Below, in pieces: positions 40,486 to 52,627 of a DNA stretch of 64,000 nucleotides. The notes beneath the pieces are model-generated. The model was given only the letters and a program-made list of their open reading frames with translations, made no database searches and was not told the DNA's origin. The position numbers and the translations under genes are program-made. How positions within the stretch are numbered: the stretch's first letter is position 1; each line of letters opens with the position of its first letter. This stretch comes from Cycas panzhihuaensis (Eukaryota > Plantae > Cycadophyta): contig CM041465.1 of NCBI GenBank assembly GCA_023213395.1, forward strand, positions 212,357,741-212,421,740. The letters are read 5' to 3'.

Positions 40486-41791
40486 AAGACCTACATTGCC
40501 CTTGTCCTTCCATAGTTTGATGTTTTGAAACATAGGCCTAGTCCTGGAGAAACCCACTTTTGAGTATCTATTCTATCTGTTTAAAGAATTTCTCTTTTGT
40601 AGCGTCATTATCCATTGGCTTGGTTTGTTTGTCTCTCCATATATTTCATTTGAATTCTCTTATGGGTGGACATATTTAGTTTGTATGGATATGGTGTGGG
40701 TGAGGAAATGAAAGAGAAAGGAAAAACCCATTTTCCTCAAGGGTGTATGTGCCCTTTCCATAGGTCCATGTTTATTGGGTTTGGATTTGATGAAAAATCG
40801 GTTAAATAGAAATCCATTAGGGAAACAAAAAGTTCTTTGTCACAAAATCTGTAGGGTCTCACCCCTGAATCTTTCCCTGGGCTCCAAAATGGATAACACC
40901 CTAGGCATATTTTTGTTTCCGGTTTCCAGTCAGAACAACAAATAATTAAAACAAAACAAAACTTGATTGAGGAATTGGAATTTGGTTGTCTATTTGGAGC
41001 CTGTGCAGGCACAGAATAATCCTTCAAACAAGTTAGAAATTAGAAGAAATCAAATACATCGTTCTTATATGAATGGGTTACTTCATTTGTGTTTTCCTTT
41101 TTCTTTTTCTTTTTTCCTTTCCGATGATTATAGGATGTTGAATTTTGAGGGTCCATGTAGTCAACCTATGATTGAATTTCCAACAAATTTGGCAAGCTCG
41201 ATTGCCTGTTCCGAAATGAGGGGGACTTAGTTTAGTTCATCTGGTATGCGATGCGAGAATTTCATCCTAGCAATTTGCCCCAAGTTTTCTTTGGTGATAA
41301 GATATGCAAAATGTTGTTGATTTTGGTTATTGTGATTATTAATTTTTCTAAGTTGCTTGGAGCAAATTGTTTGTTGGCTTGAGAAGCTAGTAATGAGTCT
41401 ATTCCTTTCCTTGCTAGTACTATTGGCTCCACCATAGTCATATTTTTTATTACATTAATGGGATTTCTTCTTTTTGTGAGTGCTTAAGGGAATTTGAGCA
41501 GAGTGAAAAAAATTTGGTTTTCATCTATCAACAGAGGATGGATCACAAAAGAGACAAGAAGCATCGACATTGTTTGTGGCAGTAGGAGGAGGAGGAGAAG
41601 AAGAAGAAGAAGAAAAGGATCAAGACTATAGCATAAATAGCCCTATTGAAGTCTAAGATTTCCACCAATGTCACTTCCATGCCTGCTCTTTTGAATAGGA
41701 TGAAATTATGTGTAGAGAAATGAACAAACTGGATCAATATAAGGGTAACATTCACTATGCATTCACAAGGAAATTGCCTTCAGATGGATGA
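40064..41791 (+). pseudogene. Copy 2 of the coiled-coil gene, pseudogenised (exons about 40064-40351 and 41535-41791)
   Basis: Early TAA after MKMHRA; deletion in exon 1; CAG>TAA at about 41634; 1-nt deletion near 41720 (GAGAAATGAAC versus GAGAAGATGAAC in copy 1). Confidence 0.85.
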
Positions 41792-42936
41792 ATCTACCGT
41801 TTGATGATGTTTTCATGCATTTGTATTCATCTAGATATGCTTGCTTGGTTTACAGAAAGCATGAAATTTTGTTTTGTCATGTAACTTTTTCATTTTGTTA
41901 TAATGAAAGCAACCACATAGTGTATGTGATTTGTATTAGTGGAATGGCATAGGGCTCCATGCCTATGATTTTATTTTATGTTTATTGGAGGCAGATGATT
42001 CTCTAATTGTCCATTGAGGCATGCTTGGTAATATGTAGTTTGCCTTCTTGTTTTGTCATTTTATGATTAGGAAAAGGACTTTGCTATCACAAGTTCACTT
42101 GTTTTGAGATTTGTTTCTCCCAATACCTTCAAGGGTGGCTTGAAATATGATTTTGTTGTAGCCATTGACTGTTTTGTTATATGATTTTTCCAATGTGAGC
42201 TCATAGACTTCAATGTATGTTTGTAATTATTAGTTTAATGTGATTTTTAGCAGCTCCTAATGGAAAAGGGCCTTTTTCCTTTTGTTTTTAATTAGTTTAG
42301 TACTAAGTGCTTTATAGCAACTGAATCTTCTCCCTCTCTCTCTCTTTTCTTTAAAGGCTTGATTCATTTGGTTTAAGTGGGCTGATTTACTTGGATTAGA
42401 TTAGATGGCCTTTTCCCTCATGGTTGGGCATTGTTCAACTATTGTGGCTCAATGGATTTCAACCGCTCATATAAAACTGTTATACATAGGATAAAACATT
42501 ATGTATTACACCACTATTTTGCCCTTGGCATTGAATATGTGAAATATTATGAACCCTAATTTAGTCAATGATCAATCAAACTCTAGCTTTACATAAAGTT
42601 TGTGAATCCTTTTTGAAGTTTTTTTCTCCATTTTGGTTTTATGTTGATTGCATTTTATTGATGAAGTGAACTTCTTTGCTTAGACAATCTCTATCATGTT
42701 TGGGAGACTACAATCTTGAATTTTGTTCTTTCTACATAGTTTTTGGAAAGTTAGTAAAACTGTGCCTTTAGATTTTTCAATGGATTTATCTATGTTGGAT
42801 TTTCTTTTTATTATTCCCAATGAGAATACATTCAATTATGCACTTTATGGGGTAGTGCATCTTGTGTTGTTTATGTTACCAAAGACTCCACTTTCTATGA
42901 TGGTTATGGGCTTTTGAAACTCAAAAATTTTGAAAT

Positions 42937-45900
42937 TGTTAGCGTGGCAGTTAATTATTAAGCCACTTAATTAATGTTAATGTGGTTTAATTATGTGAAA
43001 AGGTGTGAGCGAAAAGGTGCGACTTATTCGAAGGGTCACAACCCTAATCGGGTGGCACCTCTTGGAGAGTATAAAAGCCTTGAGGCCTTGTATATTAATC
43101 ATCCAAGTTCATTGTGCAATAATAAACGATCCCTTGAGGATCCTTTTGTGATGGGTTTTTTTCCGAAAGAGTTTCCCACGTATATCTTGTGTTCTGTGCA
43201 TCTGTTTTTTGTATTTTCAATTTGTTGCTTGCTGTGTATGGTTAAAGATCCTGCGGTTGAGAACATCTGTGTATAATTTCATGTTCTCGAACATGGTATC
43301 AGAGTAGTAGGGCCCTCGTGACAAACAAGCTTAAGCTGGGAGATTGGATCGTTGGTCACGGGTGATGCCGCTTGATCTAAGACGAATCTTGAGGGTCCAT
43401 CAACTCTAGCATCATGTCAAGGTGCATAGAAAATCAGTGGTTGTTGGAGCAATGGAGATCACTATTCAACAAAATGTAAGGGTTATCGGAGTCAATATTC
43501 AGGTATGTAGAACACGTTCTGTTGGTGACTCGGCGATTTTGAGGACAACCTTCTTTGTATATAAGTAAGTTGATCAGAACACAATAAAACTCATAAGGAA
43601 AGAGCATTTTTTGGAGTCATCTACCTACAAGTCTGTATACGAGAGAGATTGGAGTCTTTTCTGGATCGTTTTCAGCCTGCTACACTTAGTTCAGGTGTTG
43701 TATCTAGCAGATCTTCATATTTTTTGAGTTGTTGTGCTTTTGTGACCCCTCTCCTTGGGTGAATTCACTGTATTGAGCTCGCACCTGTGTGTTAAGACAT
43801 TGCTAGGCTGTTTTGAAGACTTGTATACATAAAATAAGTGCTGTACAACACTAAAAACAACAGAGATATACAAAGCCAAAGTACAGATTGTGTTGGCTGG
43901 GCGCTTAATACTCATAGCTGGGCTATTTTTGGGCGTGCTTGAGTGACTCTAGAGGTGGCTGTCCATGTTTGAAGATTGGATTTCTGAAGGTTGTCTCCCA
44001 TTGTTGGTGTCCATTTCTCTTTCCTAGGCGATTTGTTGCAGTAGCTGAAGGCTTGTGAAGAGTGTTGGGTTGGATATACCAGCTTTCTCATCCGCAGACG
44101 GAGGTGTCAAGGTGAAAATCTCATGTATACAACCCGCGTAGTTCCGTTCTTATCCATGGTTCGTCTTTGAAGTCGTTTTTGCAGCAGCCATAGATCTCCT
44201 ATCATATTGGAGATACATTGGGTCGCATTCACTTCATTTCACTAAGTTTTTGGACTTAGGTGTTTTTTGGAAAATTAAAAAACATGTGGGTTAAGTTATA
44301 TGCGGGCGCCTCTTTGTGAAAAGTTCGATTTATAGGAATATGCCTTTTGGCATATTCCTCTCAACTTAAAATTATAAAAGTGACCCTTTACAAGATAATA
44401 CTTAGAGTATTGAAGCGTTGTTGACCCATTTCAAGCGTGGATCGAGGCGTTGTATGTGTATTTAAGACTTGTGACCATGCACCATCATCTTGTGGTACCT
44501 TCTTTGTACTAAAACGAGCATTTTTTGGTCATTTGGAGTGTCGGGTGTGACGTTTAATGACTATCTAAGGACGTTTGTTGACGGAAAAGGGAAGAAATAC
44601 AGTCAGTGGCTCAAGTGATGTGAGCATAATCTGTGTTAGGGTCATTTGGAAGTGTGCTCGTGAAGCAAAGGAAGGTCACTAGGGTGCATTTTTGTCCTTA
44701 ATACATCCGTTTGGTGTTGTGTACTTCATTTTGTAGCCAAATATTCGAGATGGAGAAGTTTATGCCGAAGGTTATCTTTAGTGGTAACAACTTCAGCGTA
44801 TGGAAGGCTAACATGGAGCTAATTCTGATGGTGAACCAACTCTGGGGAATCACCAAGGCGAAGCTTGAGTCAGTCCCACTTGACTATAAGGAGTGGATCA
44901 GACTTGAAGAGAAGCAATTTATGGCTATTGGGCTACTGAAACTTTCACTAGTGTCAGACCAGAGAGCCCTTGTTCACAATCTAGATGACCCAGCCGAGAT
45001 TTGGACGAAGTTGTGTGATACTTTTGAGAAGAAGAAGACAAATATGCGTCTTGCTCTGCTGTTGGAACTACTTAATTCAAAAGTCGAAGATGAGATCAAC
45101 ATCAGCTCTTACCTGAGCAAGATAGCTGACTTGAAGAACAAGTTAGAAGAGTTAAAGCAGAATTCGATCAATGATGCACTCCTGTTTGCGATAATCATGT
45201 CGAAGCTGCCAGCTGCATTCGCCACATTCCAGATCATATACAGTAGAGACAAAGGGATGGAGGCAGAAACTTTTGACGGGTTTAAAAACCTAATTCTAGC
45301 AGAGGATGTCAAGCTAAAACATCATGGTTTGCTTGGAGGATCTGGTTTAAGTCAGGCCTTAGCCATGAAAACTCAGTGGAAGGAGGCCCCGAAGGAGGAG
45401 AAGATCACACGACGGTCTGGAGAAAGCTCCCAAGACAAGAAGAAGTTTAATGGAAAGTGCAATTATTGCAAGAAGGATGGTCACCATGAGAAGAACTATT
45501 GGTTCAAGCGTCGTGACAAATGCAAAGGCAACCAGGATGATAAAGGAAAGGGTGTTGCTACCCATTGCATCCGAGCACAAACCTTGTCAGCTGAATCAAA
45601 TCGGAGAGACTATTGGGTACTAGATTCTGGAGCGCAGAAGCACATCTCTTACCAGAGGCATAACTTTGATAAGTTGAACTCAAATCAGAGTGGTGCTAAG
45701 ATCGTTCTTGGAGATACCAACATATTGCCAGTGGATGGTATCGGTGATGTTTCCATTGCAGGAGGCAAGTTTTCTAGGGTATACTATGTACCCAAGATGC
45801 AGTTGAACCTTCTGTCTGCTAGGGAGATATGCAAACAAGGTATGAAAGTGGAGCTCTATGAAGATAAGTGTCTGATTAAGGACCCAAAACAGAATTTTGC

Positions 45901-48900
45901 TGTCATAGCTACCGGAAAAGTCATGGACAACTTCTGGGTGTTTGAGAAGTTTCAATCTTCGAAGAAGTCCTATGCCTTTGTTGCCAGTGCGGATGACATG
46001 AGTAAACTGTGGCATAATCACCTTGGGCACCTTAATTACAGAAATATTGCACTGCTGAAGAGGTTGAAGATGGTGGATGGGTTGCCGTTACACCTTTCGG
46101 ATGGTGTATGCGAAGGATGCATGTATGGCAAGCATCATCGCTATCCTTTTGCTCGGGATAATGCTTGGAGAGCCAAGGAGAAGATGGAGCTTGTGCATTC
46201 AGACATAATGGGACCACTTCCTAATCCTTCAATATTAGGAGCTCGTTATACACTCGTGTTTGTGGACGATTATACCAGGAAAGCCTGGGTTTATTTTCTC
46301 AAAAACAAGTTAGATGTATTTGATCGCTTCTGTGATTGGAAAGCGATGGTTGAAAACGAAAGTGAAAAGAAAAGAAAAACTTTACGAAATGATAATGGTA
46401 AGGAATACGACAATCATGCGTTTAATCAGTTCTGCCGCAACCATGGTATAAAGCGGGAGTTTATGGTCTCGTATACCCCACAACAGAACGAAGTTGCTGA
46501 AAGAAAGAATCATACCATGATGGAGATGGCGAGGTGTATGGTGCATTCTAAAACCCGCTTGAAGTTTTGGGCGGTCGTGGAGATATTGTTTATATATTGA
46601 ACATGGTACCCACTGCATACGCGCAGATGACCCTCGAAGAGAAATGGACAGGTCGGAAGCCTACCATTAGTCATTTGAGAACGTTTGGGTATATAGCGTA
46701 CGCCCACATCCCTGATGATATCCGCAAGAATTTGGATTCGAAGACTCTGAAGTGCATATTCATGGGGTATTGCACGGAGAATAAAGCCTATAGACTATGG
46801 AATCCAGAGGGGGAGAAGATTGTGGTTAGTCGGGATGTTAAATTTGACGAGTCATCGACGTATCATGCTGAAAGAGCATCAGAGGAAGCTTTTTACCCTC
46901 CCCTTCTCCCATTCCCAGATTCTTCAAGCGAAGAGGACGATGAGCCGGTCATCAGAGCACCTGAGGAAGCAGGACCAAGTGGGACGCATAATAGTGAGGA
47001 ACCGCTACAAGTAGAAGTACCTCCAGCAACGGGTCCTTCTATACCTTTATGGGCAAGGAAAACTCTTAAAGATTCCAGTGTGGCGATGCAATCTCTTACT
47101 GATGATAGATAAACCAGAAGTCAGCATGTTAATCAAACTCTGCTGGTCGACACCAATGACTCAAGTGAGCCTGATTCATTTGCTGAAGCGAAAGGTGATC
47201 CATGATGGAGAGCTGCAATGGAGGAAGAATATGGTTCTCTGATGAAGAACGATATGTGGGATTTGGTTCCACTACCTCCATCGAAGAATCTTGTTAGATG
47301 CAAGTGGGTCTATAAGACAAAGTTCCGTTCCGATAGAGAGGTGGACAAGTATAAGGCCAGACTTGTTGCGCAGGGATTCAAGCATAAAGAAGGATTTGAC
47401 TACGAGGAGACGTTTGCACCAGTCTCTAGAATGACAATGGTCCAATTACTTATTTCCTTAGTAGCTGCATTAAATTGGGAGTTACACCAGATGGACATTA
47501 AGTCCGCATTCCTTAATGGGGATCTAAAGGAGGAGATATACATGTCGCAACCTCTGGGATTAATTAAGGATGGCCAGAAGCATCTTGTTTGCCGTTTGAA
47601 GAAATCAATCTATGGTCTGAAACAAGCACCCCGTGCTTGGTATAAGAAGATGGATGCCAAGTTGAAGGTTGAAGGTTTCAAAATTTTTGAACTCGATTCA
47701 AATCTGTATGTAAAACGAAGAGGGACTTCCGTAGTTGCTTGCGTGGTGTATATGGATGATCTAATCATCGGCAGTAATCGTAGCAAGGCTATAGTTGAAG
47801 TCAAGTCTAATTTGGGAACTTCGTTCGACATGATGGATCTTGGGAAACTTTACTATTTCTTGGGCATCTAGATCAGGCAGATGGAAGATAAGATCGTGTT
47901 GTTGCAATCTCAGTATGTGAAGAACTTATTAGAGAGATTTGGAATGTAACACTGCAAACCTGTTGCAACACCATGTGTCAAAAGTGCAAGGTTGCAGAAG
48001 GATATGGCCAAACCTTCTGTAGATGGCACAACGTATCGTCAGTTGGTAGGGAGTCTCATTTATTTGACTCATACCAGGCTAGATATCGCATACGCTATTG
48101 GATTGGTTTTCTGCTACATGCAGAATCCACAGGAGCCTCATTTGGTGGCAGCAGAACAGATTTTGAAATATCTAAAGGGGACAATCAATTTTGGTCTTGA
48201 ATATCGCAGATGTGAGAAGATCAGGTTGCATGGCTATACAAATGTTGATTGGGGAGGAGATTCCGATGATTGGAAGTCCACTGCTGGATACCTGTTTAGT
48301 ATTGGCAATGGATTTGTTTCGTGGCAGTCGAAGAAGCAGCAAACAGTGGCACTATCTTCTACAGAAGCAGAATATGAAGGACTCAGTGTTGGTGCGAAAG
48401 AAGTAGTATGGTTGCAAGGTCTCTTAGAATTTCTTGGTGTTTCCAATGGACATCCGATTCTCTTTGTTGATAATCAGAGTACCATTCGTCTGTCGAAGAA
48501 TCCAGAGTTTCATGCGTGTACAAAGCATATTGAGATTCAACACCATTACATTCGTGAGCTGATCAAGTCAGAAAAACTGCAGGTAGACTATTGTCCGAGT
48601 GAATTACAACTTGCAGACGTGTTTACCAAGCATTTCACTGAAGACCATTTCATAAAGATGCGTACCAGATTAGGACTCATCGATGTTATCCTTGAGGGGG
48701 GATTTATCAACAAGGATAAAGAAGCTGCAGGATAGTCCCAGCCTTCGTGATAACTAAACTGCTGCACGTTGCAGATTCCCCACATTCACATTAAGGGGGG
48801 ATGTTAGCGTGGCAGTTAATTATTAAGCCACTTAATTAATGTTAATGTGGTTTAATTATGTGAAAAGGTGTGAGTGAAAATGTGCGACTTATTCGGAGGG

Positions 48901-49155
48901 TCACAACCCTAATCGGGTGGCACCTCTTGGAGAGTATAAAAGCCTTGAGGCCTTGTATATTAATCATCCAAGTTCATTGTATAATAATAAATAATCCCTT
49001 GAGGATCCTTTTGTGGTGGGTTTTTTCCCGAAAGGGTTTCCCACGTATATCCTGTGTTCTGTGCATCTTTTCAGATTTTCAATTTATTGCTTGCTGTGTA
49101 TGGTTAAAGATCCTGCGGTTGAGAACATCTGTGTATGATTTCATGTTCTCAAACA
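42937..49155 (+). mobile_element. Full-length Ty1/copia LTR retrotransposon, the least decayed in the window
   Basis: LTRs 42937-43293 and 48802-49155 (TG...CA); TSD GAAAT at 42932-42936 and 49156-49160; PBS TGGTATCAGAG at 43294-43304; PPT AAGGGGGGA ending at 48801. Confidence 0.97.
44750..48735 (+). pseudogene. Copia gag-pol polyprotein with a frameshift near 46570 and several stops
   Basis: MEKFMPKVIFSGNNFSVWK; CNYCKKDGH; WVLDSGAQKH; LWHNHLGHLN..CEGC; LVHSDIMGP and RNDNGKEY; YKARLVAQGF, HQMDIKSAFLNG, VYMDDLII; TKHIEIQHHYIRE. Stops at about 47110, 47869 and 47947. Confidence 0.95.
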
Positions 49156-52100
49156 GAAATGCTTTAGAAACTTGAACAAAAATTCCCATGAATATTTTCA
49201 AGCCATTTTTCATTTTCCAAAAATATTTCCTAGGCATTTTTGGTAGGAAAATACATTTTTAATTGCATTTTTAGGTAAAAATTTTTATCTGTTTGGGCCT
49301 TTATGGTAGGTAAGTTTCACCTACTACCAACCTTAATTAATAAGTATTAAAATAACATTTAAAATTTTGAAAAATTAATATAGTTAATGATTGAGTTTAT
49401 ATCATGTTACATGTTTTATAATGTGTATGTAATTTGATTTGGAAAATTAATAGGAAAAATTATATGTTGTTACAACAAAAAAGATGAGAGAGAGTGCAAT
49501 TTCCCACTAACCTCATGGGTGAGCAAAGTGAAAAAAAGGGGTTGTACAAATATCTTAAGTCCAAATATATAGTCAAAAAATTGAAGACAGTGTGGCCAAG
49601 ATCAAATGACTTGCAACATAATAGCACAAGATTCATTGAACTACAAGAGGCATTGTAGGGGTACTTCAACCATCATCCCTATTATCTGGGTAGTTTTCTC
49701 TTAGTGACTATCCCTTATAAGAGTTGGAATCAACTAATTGTGCTTGCACGACTCAGTAGGAGGTAGCTTTCATTCCCTATTATTGAGGTTGAAAAGGTGG
49801 AGATGGTGATTTGCTCTTCTTAGGGAAACACTTGTTTTTAGAATCTCTCCTTCACGTGCTTGATCTATATGCCCTCTACTATGCTTTCATTGGGTTAGGC
49901 TTGATGAATGTGGATCACTTGGGGACAATGAAGGGCTAGACTAAAATGGTTAGTATCAACACTAAATTAGAAATGAGCAAGCACATAAGCACAATAAGAA
50001 GTGGAGGAGGAGGAATTGATCTTAGCTCCAATAAGATTACCTTGTATTTAACTCAACATTATAGTATATCTCACTCTCACTATACATACATGAGAATATG
50101 GTTATATATATATAGGTGAGAAAGCCCCCTTTTGAGGTGTAGCATGTTTTAGAAGTGTCAAACATGTATAAAAATACCTTGCATATTGGTCAATTGTCCA
50201 ACCGTGTATGAATATGTGCAAATATGTAAAGAAAGGGTAAAGGGTCCATTAACCCATAAGTTACAACATAATACAAACTAGAGAAGTGTGGGTGTGTACT
50301 TTACACAATAAGCCAAGAAATACTTTTACGTAATACATAACTTAATAATAGAACATAAGTGTTCTAACACCCCCCGTTCTATATATACTTATGTTGAGTT
50401 TTCTTGCAGAGGTAATAATCTTTCTCAAGCAATAAGAATCTATGTATGATGCTAAATTAAGGTGTAGATAGATATTATATCCCAAATTAAGGTGCATATA
50501 GATATTATATCTACAATATAAGCAATATTAATCTCCTATGACTTGGAAGTGCAGAGGTAAGTGTATGCACATATCTCTTGCCAATTATAGCTTTGAATTT
50601 AAGTTGCAGGTCTCATTTATTTCATGACTATCTCACAGGTCTCATTCATGACTATATTATTGTTCTAACATTCAACGATTATGGAATCACCCTTCGATGG
50701 CTATGGGGTGTCATTCGTCTATTCTTTCCACATTGACGCTAAAGTAAGTTAATATAAGTAGTCTTATTGATTTCACAATATGCGATATATATACACAGAA
50801 GGGAAGAAACAATCGATTTACAATGTGAATGTATACAACTGGTTTGTACCATGAATATATGTAGTCCATTTACGAAGGTAGGACACAGTTTGCAACATGA
50901 AGATATACTGTTAGTTTGTGGCATGAATATATGCAGTCAAATTGCAATAGGAATATATGTAGTCAGTTTGCCGAGATAGGACATAGTTTTATTTATATTT
51001 TGACAACTTGGCATGGAGGTAAAACATGATATATATATGCAAAAAGATTCAGTTGTGATGTCGATACATGCGCAAGTCAGTTTAATTCGACACAGGGGTA
51101 GGACACAATTATGCTATTTATGCAGTGTTTTTATATTTTCTTAACAATATATATTTACATTATATAGCATGCTTTTGACATTAGCTTAAGAGTTAATTTT
51201 AATAATATGTATTTATACTACATGAGTTGCAATGCTTAGGCCAATTTAGATGCTTTAATAATATATATTTGCACTATGCAAATTCAAAACCATGTCAATC
51301 AAAACATTGATATAAATGTAATGATCAAAGATGTATAAATGTAATGAACAAAGATATAAATATATGTATGTATTTATATATAGAGTTAATGTAAGAGAGA
51401 GGTAAGAAGAGGAGAGGATTGTGAACTTATTACTAGAGAGTGAGATTAATGATTTGATACCAATTGTTATGAATCAAAGTTTATAACTTGAGGAGAGGCA
51501 CAATCACAGGAGGAAAATCTATGAGCACACGAACTACTCATAATTGTTAAATTAATAAATGAATGATGACACATGTTACAATGGTAATGCAAATATATAT
51601 GTGATATAATGTTCCTTGATGAATGGGTGCAATCATTCAAATGTGTCTTTTGACAATATTTAGATAATTAATCATTATTAATTAAGGTCATAATACACAT
51701 ATTCTTTCATTGCTCACAGGGATAGTGTTCCTTATAGGAGTAAGTTTTATTCTTTTATTCTAAGGATTATTTTAGTTCTAGGTGTTTCCTCAAATTAAAA
51801 AAGTAAGCCCCCCCTTCTTAAGTAGACACCCTACTTCCCTTATTTTAACATCTTTCATATCTATCTATCTATCTATCTATCTATATATATATTTCCTCTA
51901 TCTTTTCTTTTATTAACTTTTCCATAGATAATTATAAAGTCATATGCAACATTAAGTGTCATCCCTCATAAATACATTTTCTTATCACCTTATTAATAGA
52001 TGTAAGGTGATATATAAACCTTTCATTTACTTCTCAACCATACATATAAGATTTATATCCCATATGAGAACATCCCAAAAGAGGAGTGAACTTCACCACC

Positions 52101-52627
52101 ATAAAATCTATTTTGTTTTACTATTTCTTGTCCACCATTTTTATTCCCTGCATTAGTTATCCCAAACAACGATCTTACATTAGTACCATGCAAATCATGT
52201 TTTACTACTTGATCCTCATACCTCTCTGCTCTTAAGGTAATATATAAAGTTTTCCTTTGCTTCTCAACCATACATTTGGACATTTATATCCCAATCGAGG
52301 ATATCCCAAGAAAGAATTCACTATATGACATATCTTGTTTTACTACCAATTACAGCCTATTTTTATTCCATGCATTGATCACCCTAAAGAATTCACTTTA
52401 CGTTGATCTTCTTTCACTATTTGCACCTCCTTAGCAACCCAAATAAAAAAATCTAAGTGTACCCATATTATTTCCATCAACTTTGGGATGTTATCTACCA
52501 TTTAGGAGCCTTTTTGTTTTGATTTACAATGATACATTTCTATCAATTAACATAAGCAATTGCCTTTAATAGACTTTCTCATTTGCTTTCATGGGGTTGT
52601 GGCGCGTGGGGGGGTGGGGGGGTGGGG

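Larger units (their letters stand above)
37556..50398 (+). repeat. Tandem duplication unit 2 (includes copia 42937-49155)
   Basis: Collinear with unit 1; includes a gypsy LTR copy at 38696-38926. Confidence 0.85.

Noticed and set aside
45109-48785. Minus-strand and alternate-frame ORFs over copia gag-pol
   Set aside because: Shadow frames of the polyprotein with no recognisable domains.
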